From contig JAZTXB010000029.1 in NCBI GenBank assembly GCA_045636225.1, positions 1-61,506 on the forward strand: a stretch of DNA of 61,506 nt, in the 5' to 3' direction. This DNA comes from Bacilli bacterium. Its GTDB lineage: Bacteria; Bacillota_I; Bacilli_A; RF39; UBA660. This document shows, one piece after another, positions 8,901 through 16,763 of the stretch. Both the position numbers and the translations under genes were made by a program. The notes beneath the pieces are model-generated. The model saw only the letters and a program-made list of their open reading frames with translations. It had not been told where the DNA came from and made no database searches. Positions within the stretch are counted from its first letter, which is position 1, and every line of letters starts with the position of its first letter.

Positions 8901-8960
8901 ATAATAGGAACGTATTTGATGAATGTATATCAAATTTTCAAAGAACACATCCCTTTTCCA

Positions 8961-9012
8961 AATAAAAAGGAAACGAGAGAAAGAATAATAATTACCCTTT
9001 CACTTGTTTCCT
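8961..9012 (-). terminator. terminator after the sigma-like gene
   Basis: Minus strand AGGAAACAAGTGAAAGG...CTTTCTCTCGTTTCCT long imperfect hairpin followed by TTTTTATTT. Confidence 0.55.
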
Positions 9013-9035
9013 AACTAAAACGCAATTTGTGTAGT

Positions 9036-9500
9036 CTAATTTTTCAATTTTTTAGAAATTTTTTCAATTGCAATATCTACACTAAATTTAACAGCTCTTT
9101 TTGTACAGTTTTCTTCTTGTGCTATTTCCTCGTAAGTTTTTGAATCAATAAAGTATTTTTTTAATCTTCTTTTTTGAATTTCTGGCAGTTCTTGTATAGC
9201 ATTTCGTAATGCCTCTTTTTCAAATTTATCTTGTACTTCTTCTTCTAAACTATATTGATTAATAGTTGCTCTTTTCCACATTGTATTTTCACTTAATTCA
9301 GAATGTTCAATATGATTGTCATACTCATTTAATTCTTTTAAATCATGTAGTTCAAATTTATCCAAAGAATTGTATATAGCTTCACTAACATCAACTTTTA
9401 TAAATCTACCTTGTCCATCTACAAATGATACTGTGAATTCATTATCTCCTAATGTATATGGATTATCTTTATGTTTTCTTCTTTTTGGACGTTGTCCCAT
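9036..9500 (-). CDS. sigma-70 region-4-type ICE regulator (Tn916 Orf7-like sigma-like protein)
   Basis: C-terminal HTH (YEEIAQEENCTKRAVKFSVDIAIEKI) and basic N-terminus. AGGAGG lies 7 nt before the ATG at 9500; the track start at 9518 contains the SD. Confidence 0.7.
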   Translation of the reverse strand: MGQRPKRRKHKDNPYTLGDNEFTVSFVDGQGRFIKVDVSEAIYNSLDKFELHDLKELNEYDNHIEHSELSENTMWKRATINQYSLEEEVQDKFEKEALRNAIQELPEIQKRRLKKYFIDSKTYEEIAQEENCTKRAVKFSVDIAIEKISKKLKN

Positions 9501-9528
9501 TTTAATTCCTCCTATCAATTTGAATTTT

Positions 9529-9747
9529 TTAAATCAAATTGATAAAAGGTGGCCCTCTACATTTGCATACTTTTGTCCATTCAGTGCAACAAAAAACGCC
9601 GAATGCAAAACTCAATAAATGAGAATTACACTCGGCGTCAATAAGTCCATAATCAACTACTTCATGAGAAGAGTCGAAAAAATATTGTCCTTTTTCAACA
9701 ATTATATATTCAAATAAAACAATCAAAACAATCAATTGTACACTCAT
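9529..9747 (-). CDS. possible leader ORF (72 codons) that reads through the leader terminator
   Basis: GGGGAG SD ~10 nt before the ATG at 9747; hydrophobic N-terminus, Cys-rich tail; no family resemblance; could be non-coding. Confidence 0.25.
   Translation of the reverse strand: MSVQLIVLIVLFEYIIVEKGQYFFDSSHEVVDYGLIDAECNSHLLSFAFGVFCCTEWTKVCKCRGPPFINLI
9590..9639 (-). terminator. intrinsic terminator/attenuator inside the sigma-gene leader
   Basis: Minus strand GACGCCGA...(inner CTCA-tttat-TGAG)...TCGGCGT followed by TTTTTTG. Confidence 0.5.
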
Positions 9748-10037
9748 ATAGACACAACTCCCCTGAGCGAATGCCGTACATAAGAGTTCATGTTGGGTGA
9801 TTGTTTTATCTTTTGTCTAACTCTTAAAAATTAGCCAGTAATATCCTGTGTTTTAGAAAAGTACTGCCTAATCATTTCTAAATTTTATTATTCTTTTATT
9901 TTATTTTTATACCCCTTTTCACAATATCACATTAGCCTTGTGGCATTGCTTTTTTTTAGTTGTTATCATACCACAGAATTATTGCAAAATATGTCGAAAT
10001 GTGTTGAAATGGTTAATTTTATGCCCTAAATTGTAAA

Positions 10038-10046
10038 ATTATACCA
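10038..10046 (-). promoter_or_regulatory. extended -10 promoter pointing toward the sigma-like gene
   Basis: Minus strand TGGTATAAT. Confidence 0.45.
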
Positions 10047-10131
10047 AAAGTAAACAAAAAAAGTGCGTTCATGTAATAAAACTGCACTTTTGTAAAACAA
10101 TTTTTTTGCTATAATTTTAAAACTTTTTATT

Positions 10132-10161
10132 TTGATAGTCTATTTCCCCTAGAAATATAAT
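10132..10161 (+). promoter_or_regulatory. sigma-A-type promoter of the tandem-HTH regulator
   Basis: TTGATA - 18 nt - TATAAT; the spacer contains the TCTATTTCCCC box. Confidence 0.5.
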
Positions 10162-10202
10162 ATTACCACAAGTTAATGGAATAATAATATCAGGTGATAT
10201 TA

Positions 10203-10640
10203 ATGATTGTTAAAAATTTAAGAGAAAGTAGAGAGATTTTAGATCTAAAGCAAAAAGATATTGCAGATTATTTTAAAGTAAATTTCACAACAGTATCAGG
10301 ATGGGAAACTGGTAAAGATACTATTCCATTAAAAAGACTTATTGAATATGCTAATAAATATAATTATAGTTTGGATTATTTATTTGGATTAACAAAACAT
10401 AATACTAGTTATCTACCTATTACAATAGATTTAGAATTAATCGCAAAGAATTTAAGATTATTAAGAAAAGCAAATAAAATGACTCAAGAAGAAGTAGCTA
10501 AAAAAATAAACACTACACAAGCTTCTTATGCACATTATGAAAATTGTGTTAATTTAATACCAACTGCATTTTTATATAATTTAACAAGAATATACAAACC
10601 TTTTTCAATAGATAATTTATTAGGTAGAAAAAAGCAATAA
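10203..10640 (+). CDS. XRE-family regulator with two tandem HTH domains
   Basis: Two Cro/C1-type HTH modules (KQKDIADYFKVNFTTVSGWETG; TQEEVAKKINTTQASYAHYENC). AGGTGA SD favours the ATG at 10203 over the GTG at 10194. Confidence 0.8.
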   Translation: MIVKNLRESREILDLKQKDIADYFKVNFTTVSGWETGKDTIPLKRLIEYANKYNYSLDYLFGLTKHNTSYLPITIDLELIAKNLRLLRKANKMTQEEVAKKINTTQASYAHYENCVNLIPTAFLYNLTRIYKPFSIDNLLGRKKQ

Positions 10641-10643
10641 ATT

Positions 10644-11363
10644 TTAGGATTTACTGCTTTTTTTTGTTTCTTCAATTTTTTCAAATTTTAAACCTTTAAT
10701 AACTCTAGGTAATACTTCTATAACTTGTTGTTGAGTTAATAACTTTGACATATATTCATCAAAGCCATAATCACCCATAAACAAATGCCTTTTTCCACTA
10801 GATACAGTTAATACTACTACTGGTGTGTTAAAATCTTTTAATTTTTTTAATTCTATTAATGTATCAGGTCCATCACAATGACCTGTTGTATATACATTAT
10901 TGGTAATTATTAAATCATATTGTTCACCATTAGAAATTCTTTTTATGATTTCTCTACCACTTCTTGCAGCTTTAGTTTCTATTCCCATACTTTTTAAAAT
11001 ATTAATTGAATTAGAAATAGACATTATGTCATAATCTCCTATTAAAACCTTAATTTTTTTATTAGGTTTATATTTTGGGAGTTTTTTTTCTATGATAAAT
11101 TCGTATTCACTAATTTCTTTGTCATACTTATCATCAAGCGATACCACATTATAATCATAATATTCTTCATCATGCATTGGATATCCCTCACATGCCATAC
11201 GATCATTCATTCTTTTATGATAATTTTTCATTAATATATATTTTTCCAAATCATTTTCTTCATTTTCCTCATCTTCGTCATTTTTCTTTGAATCAATAAA
11301 ACAAAAGATAACCATAAAAATTATAAATACAACTGCAACTACTATACTAACCCACTCTTCCAT
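10644..11363 (-). CDS. membrane-anchored receiver-like (pseudo-REC) protein
   Basis: N-terminal TM helix and acidic linker. The C-terminal CheY-like fold (KVLIGDYD...YDLIITNNVY...PVVVLTVSS...EYMSKLL) appears to have Asn where the phospho-acceptor Asp is expected. Confidence 0.5.
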   Translation of the reverse strand: MEEWVSIVVAVVFIIFMVIFCFIDSKKNDEDEENEENDLEKYILMKNYHKRMNDRMACEGYPMHDEEYYDYNVVSLDDKYDKEISEYEFIIEKKLPKYKPNKKIKVLIGDYDIMSISNSINILKSMGIETKAARSGREIIKRISNGEQYDLIITNNVYTTGHCDGPDTLIELKKLKDFNTPVVVLTVSSGKRHLFMGDYGFDEYMSKLLTQQQVIEVLPRVIKGLKFEKIEETKKSSKS

Positions 11364-11440
11364 TTAACTTCTCACTTCTTTCCTTTCATAATCAACTTTT
11401 TTTCAGCCAGTTATGTAATCTATTTCCCCAAGTAATTTTT

Positions 11441-11477
11441 GAAAAAAAATACAGTACACCTATTAAAAAATGTACTG
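11441..11477 (-). terminator. intrinsic terminator in the leader of the receiver-like gene
   Basis: Minus strand CAGTACA-(12 nt)-TGTACTG followed by TATTTTTTTTC, located between the promoter (11494-11522) and the start codon (11363). Confidence 0.55.
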
Positions 11478-11493
11478 CTTAATTGATATTACT

Positions 11494-11522
11494 ATTATAA
11501 CACCACTTTTTTTCAAAGTCAA
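11494..11522 (-). promoter_or_regulatory. near-consensus sigma-A promoter for the receiver-like gene
   Basis: Minus strand TTGACT - 17 nt - TATAAT. Confidence 0.6.
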
Positions 11523-11556
11523 CGGATATCCGTGAATAATTTTACCGGATTTCCGT
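11522..11556. promoter_or_regulatory. two palindromic operator-like sites between divergent genes
   Basis: ACGGATATCCGT (11522-11533, perfect palindrome) and CCGGATTTCCGT (11545-11556), centres ~23 bp apart, abutting the -35 of the minus-strand promoter. Confidence 0.45.
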
Positions 11557-11588
11557 TAAAATATTATGGTAGAAATGAGGTGTATATT

Positions 11589-11828
11589 TTGTTATTTAAA
11601 GAAGCGATTAGCAAGAGAATTTATGAAATATGTGATAAAAATAAAATCACACCAAATAAGTTGGCAGAACTTTCTGCAGTTGCTCCATCTACATTACAAG
11701 ATATGCTATCATTAAAGGTTTCTAACCCAAGTTCTTATGTAATACACCAAATATGCAAGACAGTAAAAATTACAGAAAAAGATTTTTTTGATAGTGATTT
11801 GTTTCTTGAAGAAAATATAGATGATTAA
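11589..11828 (+). CDS. XRE-family HTH regulator
   Basis: HTH (TPNKLAELSAVAPSTLQDMLS). GAGGTG SD 6 nt before the TTG at 11589. The track start (GTG 11532) lies inside the operator palindrome and lacks an SD. Confidence 0.65.
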   Translation: MLFKEAISKRIYEICDKNKITPNKLAELSAVAPSTLQDMLSLKVSNPSSYVIHQICKTVKITEKDFFDSDLFLEENIDD

Positions 11829-11860
11829 AGACTATTCAAATTGAATAGTCTTTTATATTT
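11827..11860. terminator. bidirectional rho-independent terminator
   Basis: AAAGACTATTCA-aat-TGAATAGTCTTT, 12-bp perfect stem, T-run after and A-run before. Confidence 0.8.
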
Positions 11861-13512
11861 TATCTTGTTTTTGGTTCATCACTATCGTCAAAAGGTGTTT
11901 TTATACTTTCTGTTGGTTGCCCCAACGTATCAAGTTTTTTTGCTATTTCTGTATAATATGTTTGAGCATTTACCATATTTATATAATTACCCTTTGTTGT
12001 ATCTGGTTCAAATTGTTTAAATATCATAGCACTTTGCAAAAATTCATGGACTTGTCTATGCCTTTCTGAACCTGCAAATCCAACAGTTTGCCTTGCATAC
12101 TTTCTAAATTGTGCCTCTATAAAAGAAACACGTTCAACATATTCTTCTGCTTTCTTATGAGCAGGAAGTTCAGATTCCATATATTTTTGTAATGCTATAT
12201 TAAATAATTGCTCTGTATGATATAAAAACATTTCTTCTTCAGATAATTCAGTTTCTTTTGGTTTTTCTTCTACTTTAACATCCATATCATCATAATACTT
12301 ACTAGATAAACAAACAGGTAAATTAGAATGTTCTAAATCCCCAAAATTAGATAATGAAGCCATCTTTGAAATAATATCATTTAATCCCTGAATATTTTCA
12401 TTACTTGTAATTTTAGAAAAATTACTTTGTAAATATTTCATAGTAGTCTTACTAGGCAATTCTATTGTTATAGTTCCATTGTTTTGTAATGGTGTTATTG
12501 AATGCTCTGTTATTTTACTCAATTTCATTACTTCTATTTTTTCATCTTCAGTTAAAGTTTGTAAAAACTCAGTATCATTTAAAATTAAATTAGCAACATA
12601 ACAATTTATTGCCTTTGAAGAAATTTTATTAAACCAATCGTTATAAGTAACATATTTAGTTCCACCATGACACACAGAATAATATCCACAATCTAAACCA
12701 GTAGGAATTGGACTTCCAAAAGTAGAAATCAACTCTGGTTTTTCCTGTTTTATTTCTTCTAAAATACTTAAAGTTTCGGTTAAATCATCTTCATAAACAT
12801 ATAGAATTGTTCTATCTAAATGCTTTTGTTCAATATCAGAATGTTCTTCACCTTTCATCTCAAAAGGGATTCCTTTTTCTATACATTTTTTTCTATACAA
12901 ATATAAAAATTCATATCTATTTTTACCATTAGGTGTATTTATATATATTCTGTGTTCTGTTACATCTCTATTATATTTTTCACCATTTTTATCAGTATCT
13001 TTACCATAAGGTAATTGATAAGTCTTACCAACTCTGTCACCTATTGCCTCTGATTCAGAAAGTATCTTATATGCAAATGAATTTTGTGGATAGACTTGCT
13101 TAAATAAAACACTTCCATTTGTTTCTCTAAATAATTCAAGAAGTCTGTCGTTTGAAATGTTTAAAAATTCCATTATTTCTAGTTCGCTAACACCACTATA
13201 ATATTGTGGCATTTCACTAATAAATTTAGCAATTCCTTTTTCATTAATTAAATCAACTATTTTTTTCTTTAATTCTATTCCTGTTAAACAAGAAAGTTTA
13301 ATTCTATCACTATCCAACATTTCTTCATCTATTGGTTTTTTTAAATCTGGCAATTTAATTTTTCTAGATGGATTATATTTTGTTATAAAAGAGTCATTAC
13401 ACATTTCTCTATAATATTTTAATAATTCAATTAATCCTTCTTCTTCCATTATTCTTATAGTGCCATTTTCTAATATTTGTCTTCTAACATTTTCGTTAGT
13501 CATATTTATCAC
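11860..13512 (-). CDS. hypothetical protein (550 aa), no family recognised
   Basis: Long uninterrupted ORF at the end of the cargo array. Central block RIYINTPNGKNRYEFLYLYRKKCIEKGIPFEMKG...DRTILYVYEDD is only vaguely reminiscent of HopA1-like effector-family proteins (unverified). Confidence 0.7.
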   Translation of the reverse strand: MINMTNENVRRQILENGTIRIMEEEGLIELLKYYREMCNDSFITKYNPSRKIKLPDLKKPIDEEMLDSDRIKLSCLTGIELKKKIVDLINEKGIAKFISEMPQYYSGVSELEIMEFLNISNDRLLELFRETNGSVLFKQVYPQNSFAYKILSESEAIGDRVGKTYQLPYGKDTDKNGEKYNRDVTEHRIYINTPNGKNRYEFLYLYRKKCIEKGIPFEMKGEEHSDIEQKHLDRTILYVYEDDLTETLSILEEIKQEKPELISTFGSPIPTGLDCGYYSVCHGGTKYVTYNDWFNKISSKAINCYVANLILNDTEFLQTLTEDEKIEVMKLSKITEHSITPLQNNGTITIELPSKTTMKYLQSNFSKITSNENIQGLNDIISKMASLSNFGDLEHSNLPVCLSSKYYDDMDVKVEEKPKETELSEEEMFLYHTEQLFNIALQKYMESELPAHKKAEEYVERVSFIEAQFRKYARQTVGFAGSERHRQVHEFLQSAMIFKQFEPDTTKGNYINMVNAQTYYTEIAKKLDTLGQPTESIKTPFDDSDEPKTR

Positions 13513-13565
13513 CTGTTACTCCATTACTTTTCTTTATACAAAATAATTTATATTAAATATTTATA

Positions 13566-14126
13566 TTATCTTGTAAATGAACCAGTACCATCTGTTAAAT
13601 CATTTTTATTAGGATCTACATTATCAAATTGTTGAGTCCCAGAAATCAAATTGTTTTTTAATTGAACTAATTGTTCATAATCTATTCTATTTTCTAATCT
13701 TCTATCAACAGTATCAATAACTACTCTTTTACCCTCTTTTTGTCTAATTATTTCACTCATAATTTTATCTAATTGTTCTTCAGAAACCATAATAGTTTTT
13801 ACAACTACTTCACCATTTCTAGTCATAACTCTACTAACAGTATTTGCTTTGTTTAAAGCTTCATCCCATTCTGCTTTACTGATAGAATCCATATCTGTTA
13901 TGAATTTTCCATCTGGTAGAACTCCTGTCATTTGTGCTTCTGCACCACTTGGTGTTCTATCGTAAAATCTTATACCTGGTTTATCTGGTGCAGTAAAAAC
14001 ATAAACTACATCAGCTAATTCTTTTTCCCTATCAATCTCTCTTCCAGTTGGTTCATTTTCTGGAACTATTTGTTTTTGACTCATCAATTGTCCATTTGCA
14101 ACTTCGTAATTAACTTCTCTCTCCAT
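13566..14126 (-). CDS. hypothetical protein (186 aa)
   Basis: ORF overlapping the HD gene by 17 nt; no recognisable motif. Confidence 0.65.
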   Translation of the reverse strand: MEREVNYEVANGQLMSQKQIVPENEPTGREIDREKELADVVYVFTAPDKPGIRFYDRTPSGAEAQMTGVLPDGKFITDMDSISKAEWDEALNKANTVSRVMTRNGEVVVKTIMVSEEQLDKIMSEIIRQKEGKRVVIDTVDRRLENRIDYEQLVQLKNNLISGTQQFDNVDPNKNDLTDGTGSFTR

Positions 14127-14538
14127 AATTTCCTCCTACTTTAGCAACAATAGCTTGTGAATTTAAATATTGTATTGAAGAACTACCATATCTATTTTCT
14201 ATATCAGCAAGTCTTTTTTCATATCCTACATCATTACCATATTTATCTATTTGCATATCTGCCATATTCAATATTTTTAAAAATAAAGACTCATATTCTG
14301 TATTTGGATTTCCATGATAATAAACTTCTTTCCAATATTCATATCCATTATCTTTTAACAAGTTTCCACCAATAATATTATGTTCTAATTTATCTTCTGA
14401 AAACTCATATCCTATATCATGATTATAACCTAAAATATATAATTTTTGCAAATCTGCTTCATTTAAGCTATATTCTTTCCCTATTTCTACCATTTTTCTT
14501 GCCACACCAATAGAATGTTTTAATCTATCAATATCCAT
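14110..14538 (-). CDS. small HD-domain phosphohydrolase
   Basis: H...HD metal-binding pattern (LKHSIGVA ... GYNHDIGY). Confidence 0.75.
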   Translation of the reverse strand: MDIDRLKHSIGVARKMVEIGKEYSLNEADLQKLYILGYNHDIGYEFSEDKLEHNIIGGNLLKDNGYEYWKEVYYHGNPNTEYESLFLKILNMADMQIDKYGNDVGYEKRLADIENRYGSSSIQYLNSQAIVAKVGGNYGERS

Positions 14539-14576
14539 GTTATACTTCTTTCTTTATATAAAATATAATCTATTTT

Positions 14577-15209
14577 TTATCTTTCCTTTTTATATCTCTC
14601 TAATGAAACATTTACACCCAATCTATTTAATCCTTGTTCTAATGCTTCAGCAGATTTGAAGTGTATAGTATTCATTCCTAATTGTTGAGCAGGAATTAAT
14701 AAATTATCTTTATCATCAATATAAACACACTCATCTGCATTATTTTCTGTTTTATCTAAAGCATATTGATACATCTTAATATCAGGTTTTCTTGTACCAA
14801 CTATATGTGAAAAAACACCATCTTTAAAATGTTCTAAAAAATCATATCTTTCTTTTAAATAATCTATTCTTTCTTGAACATTATCAGATAAGAACAATAA
14901 TTCATATCCTTGTTCTTCTAATTGCTTTACAATTTCTACTGTTCCTTCTATTGGAACATATCCACTTAACCATATTTCTGCTAAATCTTCATTTTTTGCA
15001 TCAATACCTAATGCACTTTTAGCTAAATTCCAAAATTCTTCATGAGATATTTCACTTTTTCTATATCTTGTTCCTATATCACCTTTAAATACATCAGCAA
15101 CAACTTCCTTATTTTTACCAAATCTTTCACTTATAATATCTATCGCTCTACTTGTTCCATCAGTAAAATATACTCCACCTAAATCAAAAATAACTGTTTT
15201 TATATTCAT
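14577..15209 (-). CDS. HAD-superfamily hydrolase (subfamily IA)
   Basis: Motif I VIFDLGGV, motif IV-like VYIDDKDNL. AGGAGG SD favours the ATG at 15209 (track start 15233). Confidence 0.85.
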   Translation of the reverse strand: MNIKTVIFDLGGVYFTDGTSRAIDIISERFGKNKEVVADVFKGDIGTRYRKSEISHEEFWNLAKSALGIDAKNEDLAEIWLSGYVPIEGTVEIVKQLEEQGYELLFLSDNVQERIDYLKERYDFLEHFKDGVFSHIVGTRKPDIKMYQYALDKTENNADECVYIDDKDNLLIPAQQLGMNTIHFKSAEALEQGLNRLGVNVSLERYKKER

Positions 15210-15223
15210 TTTAAATCCTCCTA

Positions 15224-15820
15224 TTAACACCATTTTTTAATAAATTCATCAATATTTTTTAAATCTGGCAATCTTTCTTTTAATTCTTCATGTGTCCAAT
15301 TCCACCATTCAGACTTTTCTATTTTTTCTATAATTTCATCACTAAAACGTTTCTTTATTGGTTTAGCAGGAACACCTACAACTACTGTATATGGTTCAAC
15401 ATCGTGTGTTACTACTGCACCACTTCCAACTACTGCTCCATTACCAATCTTTACTCCTGGCATAATTATTGCATTGTGTCCTATCCATACATCATTCCCA
15501 ATAACCACTTTATCTTTTCTTCGCCATTCAAATATACTTTCATCATCTTCATCTGCTAAATCAAATTGTTTAGAACGATAAGTAAAATGATGTTGTGCTA
15601 TTCTATCGTATGTAGGATGATTACTAGGATTAATTCTAGCACCCCAAGCAATAGATGCGAATTTTCCAATTTCTGCATACATAACTTGATTATAGCCATT
15701 GCAATAAGAATAATCACCGATTGTTGACTCTGTAATTATCGAATGATCACCTATTTCTGTATATTCTCCCAATATTGCTTTGTCTAATTTAACTTTTTCA
15801 CCTAATTTTGGATTTGTCAT
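15224..15820 (-). CDS. hexapeptide-repeat acyltransferase (XAT/CatB-Vat-like; resembles the phosphonate-cluster-associated subgroup)
   Basis: [16 protein letters not shown]...IGKFASIA...RINPSNHP...QHHFTYR...[15 protein letters not shown] and C-terminal WWNW; SD favours the ATG at 15820. Confidence 0.8.
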   Translation of the reverse strand: MTNPKLGEKVKLDKAILGEYTEIGDHSIITESTIGDYSYCNGYNQVMYAEIGKFASIAWGARINPSNHPTYDRIAQHHFTYRSKQFDLADEDDESIFEWRRKDKVVIGNDVWIGHNAIIMPGVKIGNGAVVGSGAVVTHDVEPYTVVVGVPAKPIKKRFSDEIIEKIEKSEWWNWTHEELKERLPDLKNIDEFIKKWC

Positions 15821-15839
15821 ATTCTTCACCCCCTATTAT

Positions 15840-16322
15840 TTATATAATACTACTTTTTCCAATACATCTAGTTAAGATATTTATTGCATTGTCATGCTTT
15901 TCTTTTCCATTTGTACAAGCACAATATTCTTTTAATACTTTAATATTATAATTTTTTTCAAACAGGTCTAATGCTGTTTTTAAAACACAACATTCAGTAT
16001 CAATTCCACAAATATGGATTTCTTCAATTCTATTTCTATTTATATATTCTATTAATTCATCATTAAGAGAAGAGTAAATCTTTTTTTCTATTACTAAATG
16101 CTTATAAGTGTTTATAGGTATATCTTGTCCCTCTTGGGTTAAACACCCTTTGTAATTTAATTTTTTATACCAATTACTTTCATAATTATTTATAAATTTA
16201 GTAAATATAATATTGTCATATTTTTTTGAATCAACAAGTTTTTTAATTTCATCAACAACATATCTACTATTATCATTTATAAAATCGTTTTGTAAGTCTA
16301 TAACTAATAATAATTTTTTCAA
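15840..16322 (-). CDS. isochorismatase-family cysteine hydrolase (nicotinamidase-like)
   Basis: LLVIDLQNDF start and catalytic-Cys block ICGIDTECCV. Confidence 0.8.
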   Translation of the reverse strand: MKKLLLVIDLQNDFINDNSRYVVDEIKKLVDSKKYDNIIFTKFINNYESNWYKKLNYKGCLTQEGQDIPINTYKHLVIEKKIYSSLNDELIEYINRNRIEEIHICGIDTECCVLKTALDLFEKNYNIKVLKEYCACTNGKEKHDNAINILTRCIGKSSII

Positions 16323-16345
16323 TTTAATATCCTCCCTATAACTTA

Positions 16346-16502
16346 CTATTTACTTAAATTAAATATTGAATATACCATTAAGCCAACACCAATGCCAAAT
16401 AATACACAACCATACCATTCAGTTAATTGATTAGAAAAGAATCCAATTATTCCTCCACCTAAAGCACATAATATTGCATATAATTATTTTTTATTTTTCA
16501 TA
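16346..16502 (-). pseudogene. decayed small membrane-protein gene
   Basis: GGAGG SD + ATG, in-frame TAA after 5 codons, then a TM-like reading (LYAILCALGGGIIGF) that needs a 1-nt frameshift to continue (SNQLTEWYGCVLFGIGVGLMVYSIF). Confidence 0.3.
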
Positions 16503-16538
16503 AATACCTCCACTATAAATTTTAATTTATTATTACAA

Positions 16539-16733
16539 TTAAATAACTCCAAAAACAATTAATAAAATGCCAATTATTATACAAATACTTCCCCATATTC
16601 TAATAACAATTTTCATTTTAGGATTTTTTAATAATTTTTCTGGTATTCTAGGGCTTTTAAGTTTCATAAAAAATTTTGGAAACAAAATCATTAAAATTGC
16701 AACTATTGTAATTAAAATTCCTACAACTAACAT
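16539..16733 (-). CDS. small two-TM membrane protein
   Basis: MLVVGILITIVAILMILFP...IWGSICIIIGILLIVFGVI. Confidence 0.5.
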   Translation of the reverse strand: MLVVGILITIVAILMILFPKFFMKLKSPRIPEKLLKNPKMKIVIRIWGSICIIIGILLIVFGVI

Positions 16734-16763
16734 ACGCTACCTCCTATATAAATTACTATTTGA

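Noticed and set aside
8600-9035. Retron, group II intron or DGR element in the GC-rich non-coding block
   Set aside because: There is no reverse transcriptase gene anywhere in the window, no intron domain V/VI-like sequence that I can see, and no template/variable repeat pair.
10058-10092. Hairpin AGTGC-(17 nt)-GCACT flanked by A and T runs as a functional bidirectional terminator
   Set aside because: The stem is only 5-6 bp with a very large loop. It may contribute to insulating the divergent promoters, but the evidence is too weak to annotate.
15224-15820. Calling the hexapeptide acyltransferase a chloramphenicol/streptogramin resistance gene (CatB/Vat)
   Set aside because: The XAT-like fold is clear, but substrate cannot be inferred from sequence by eye. 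The closest pattern I recall is a phosphonate-cluster-associated subgroup, so no resistance claim is made.
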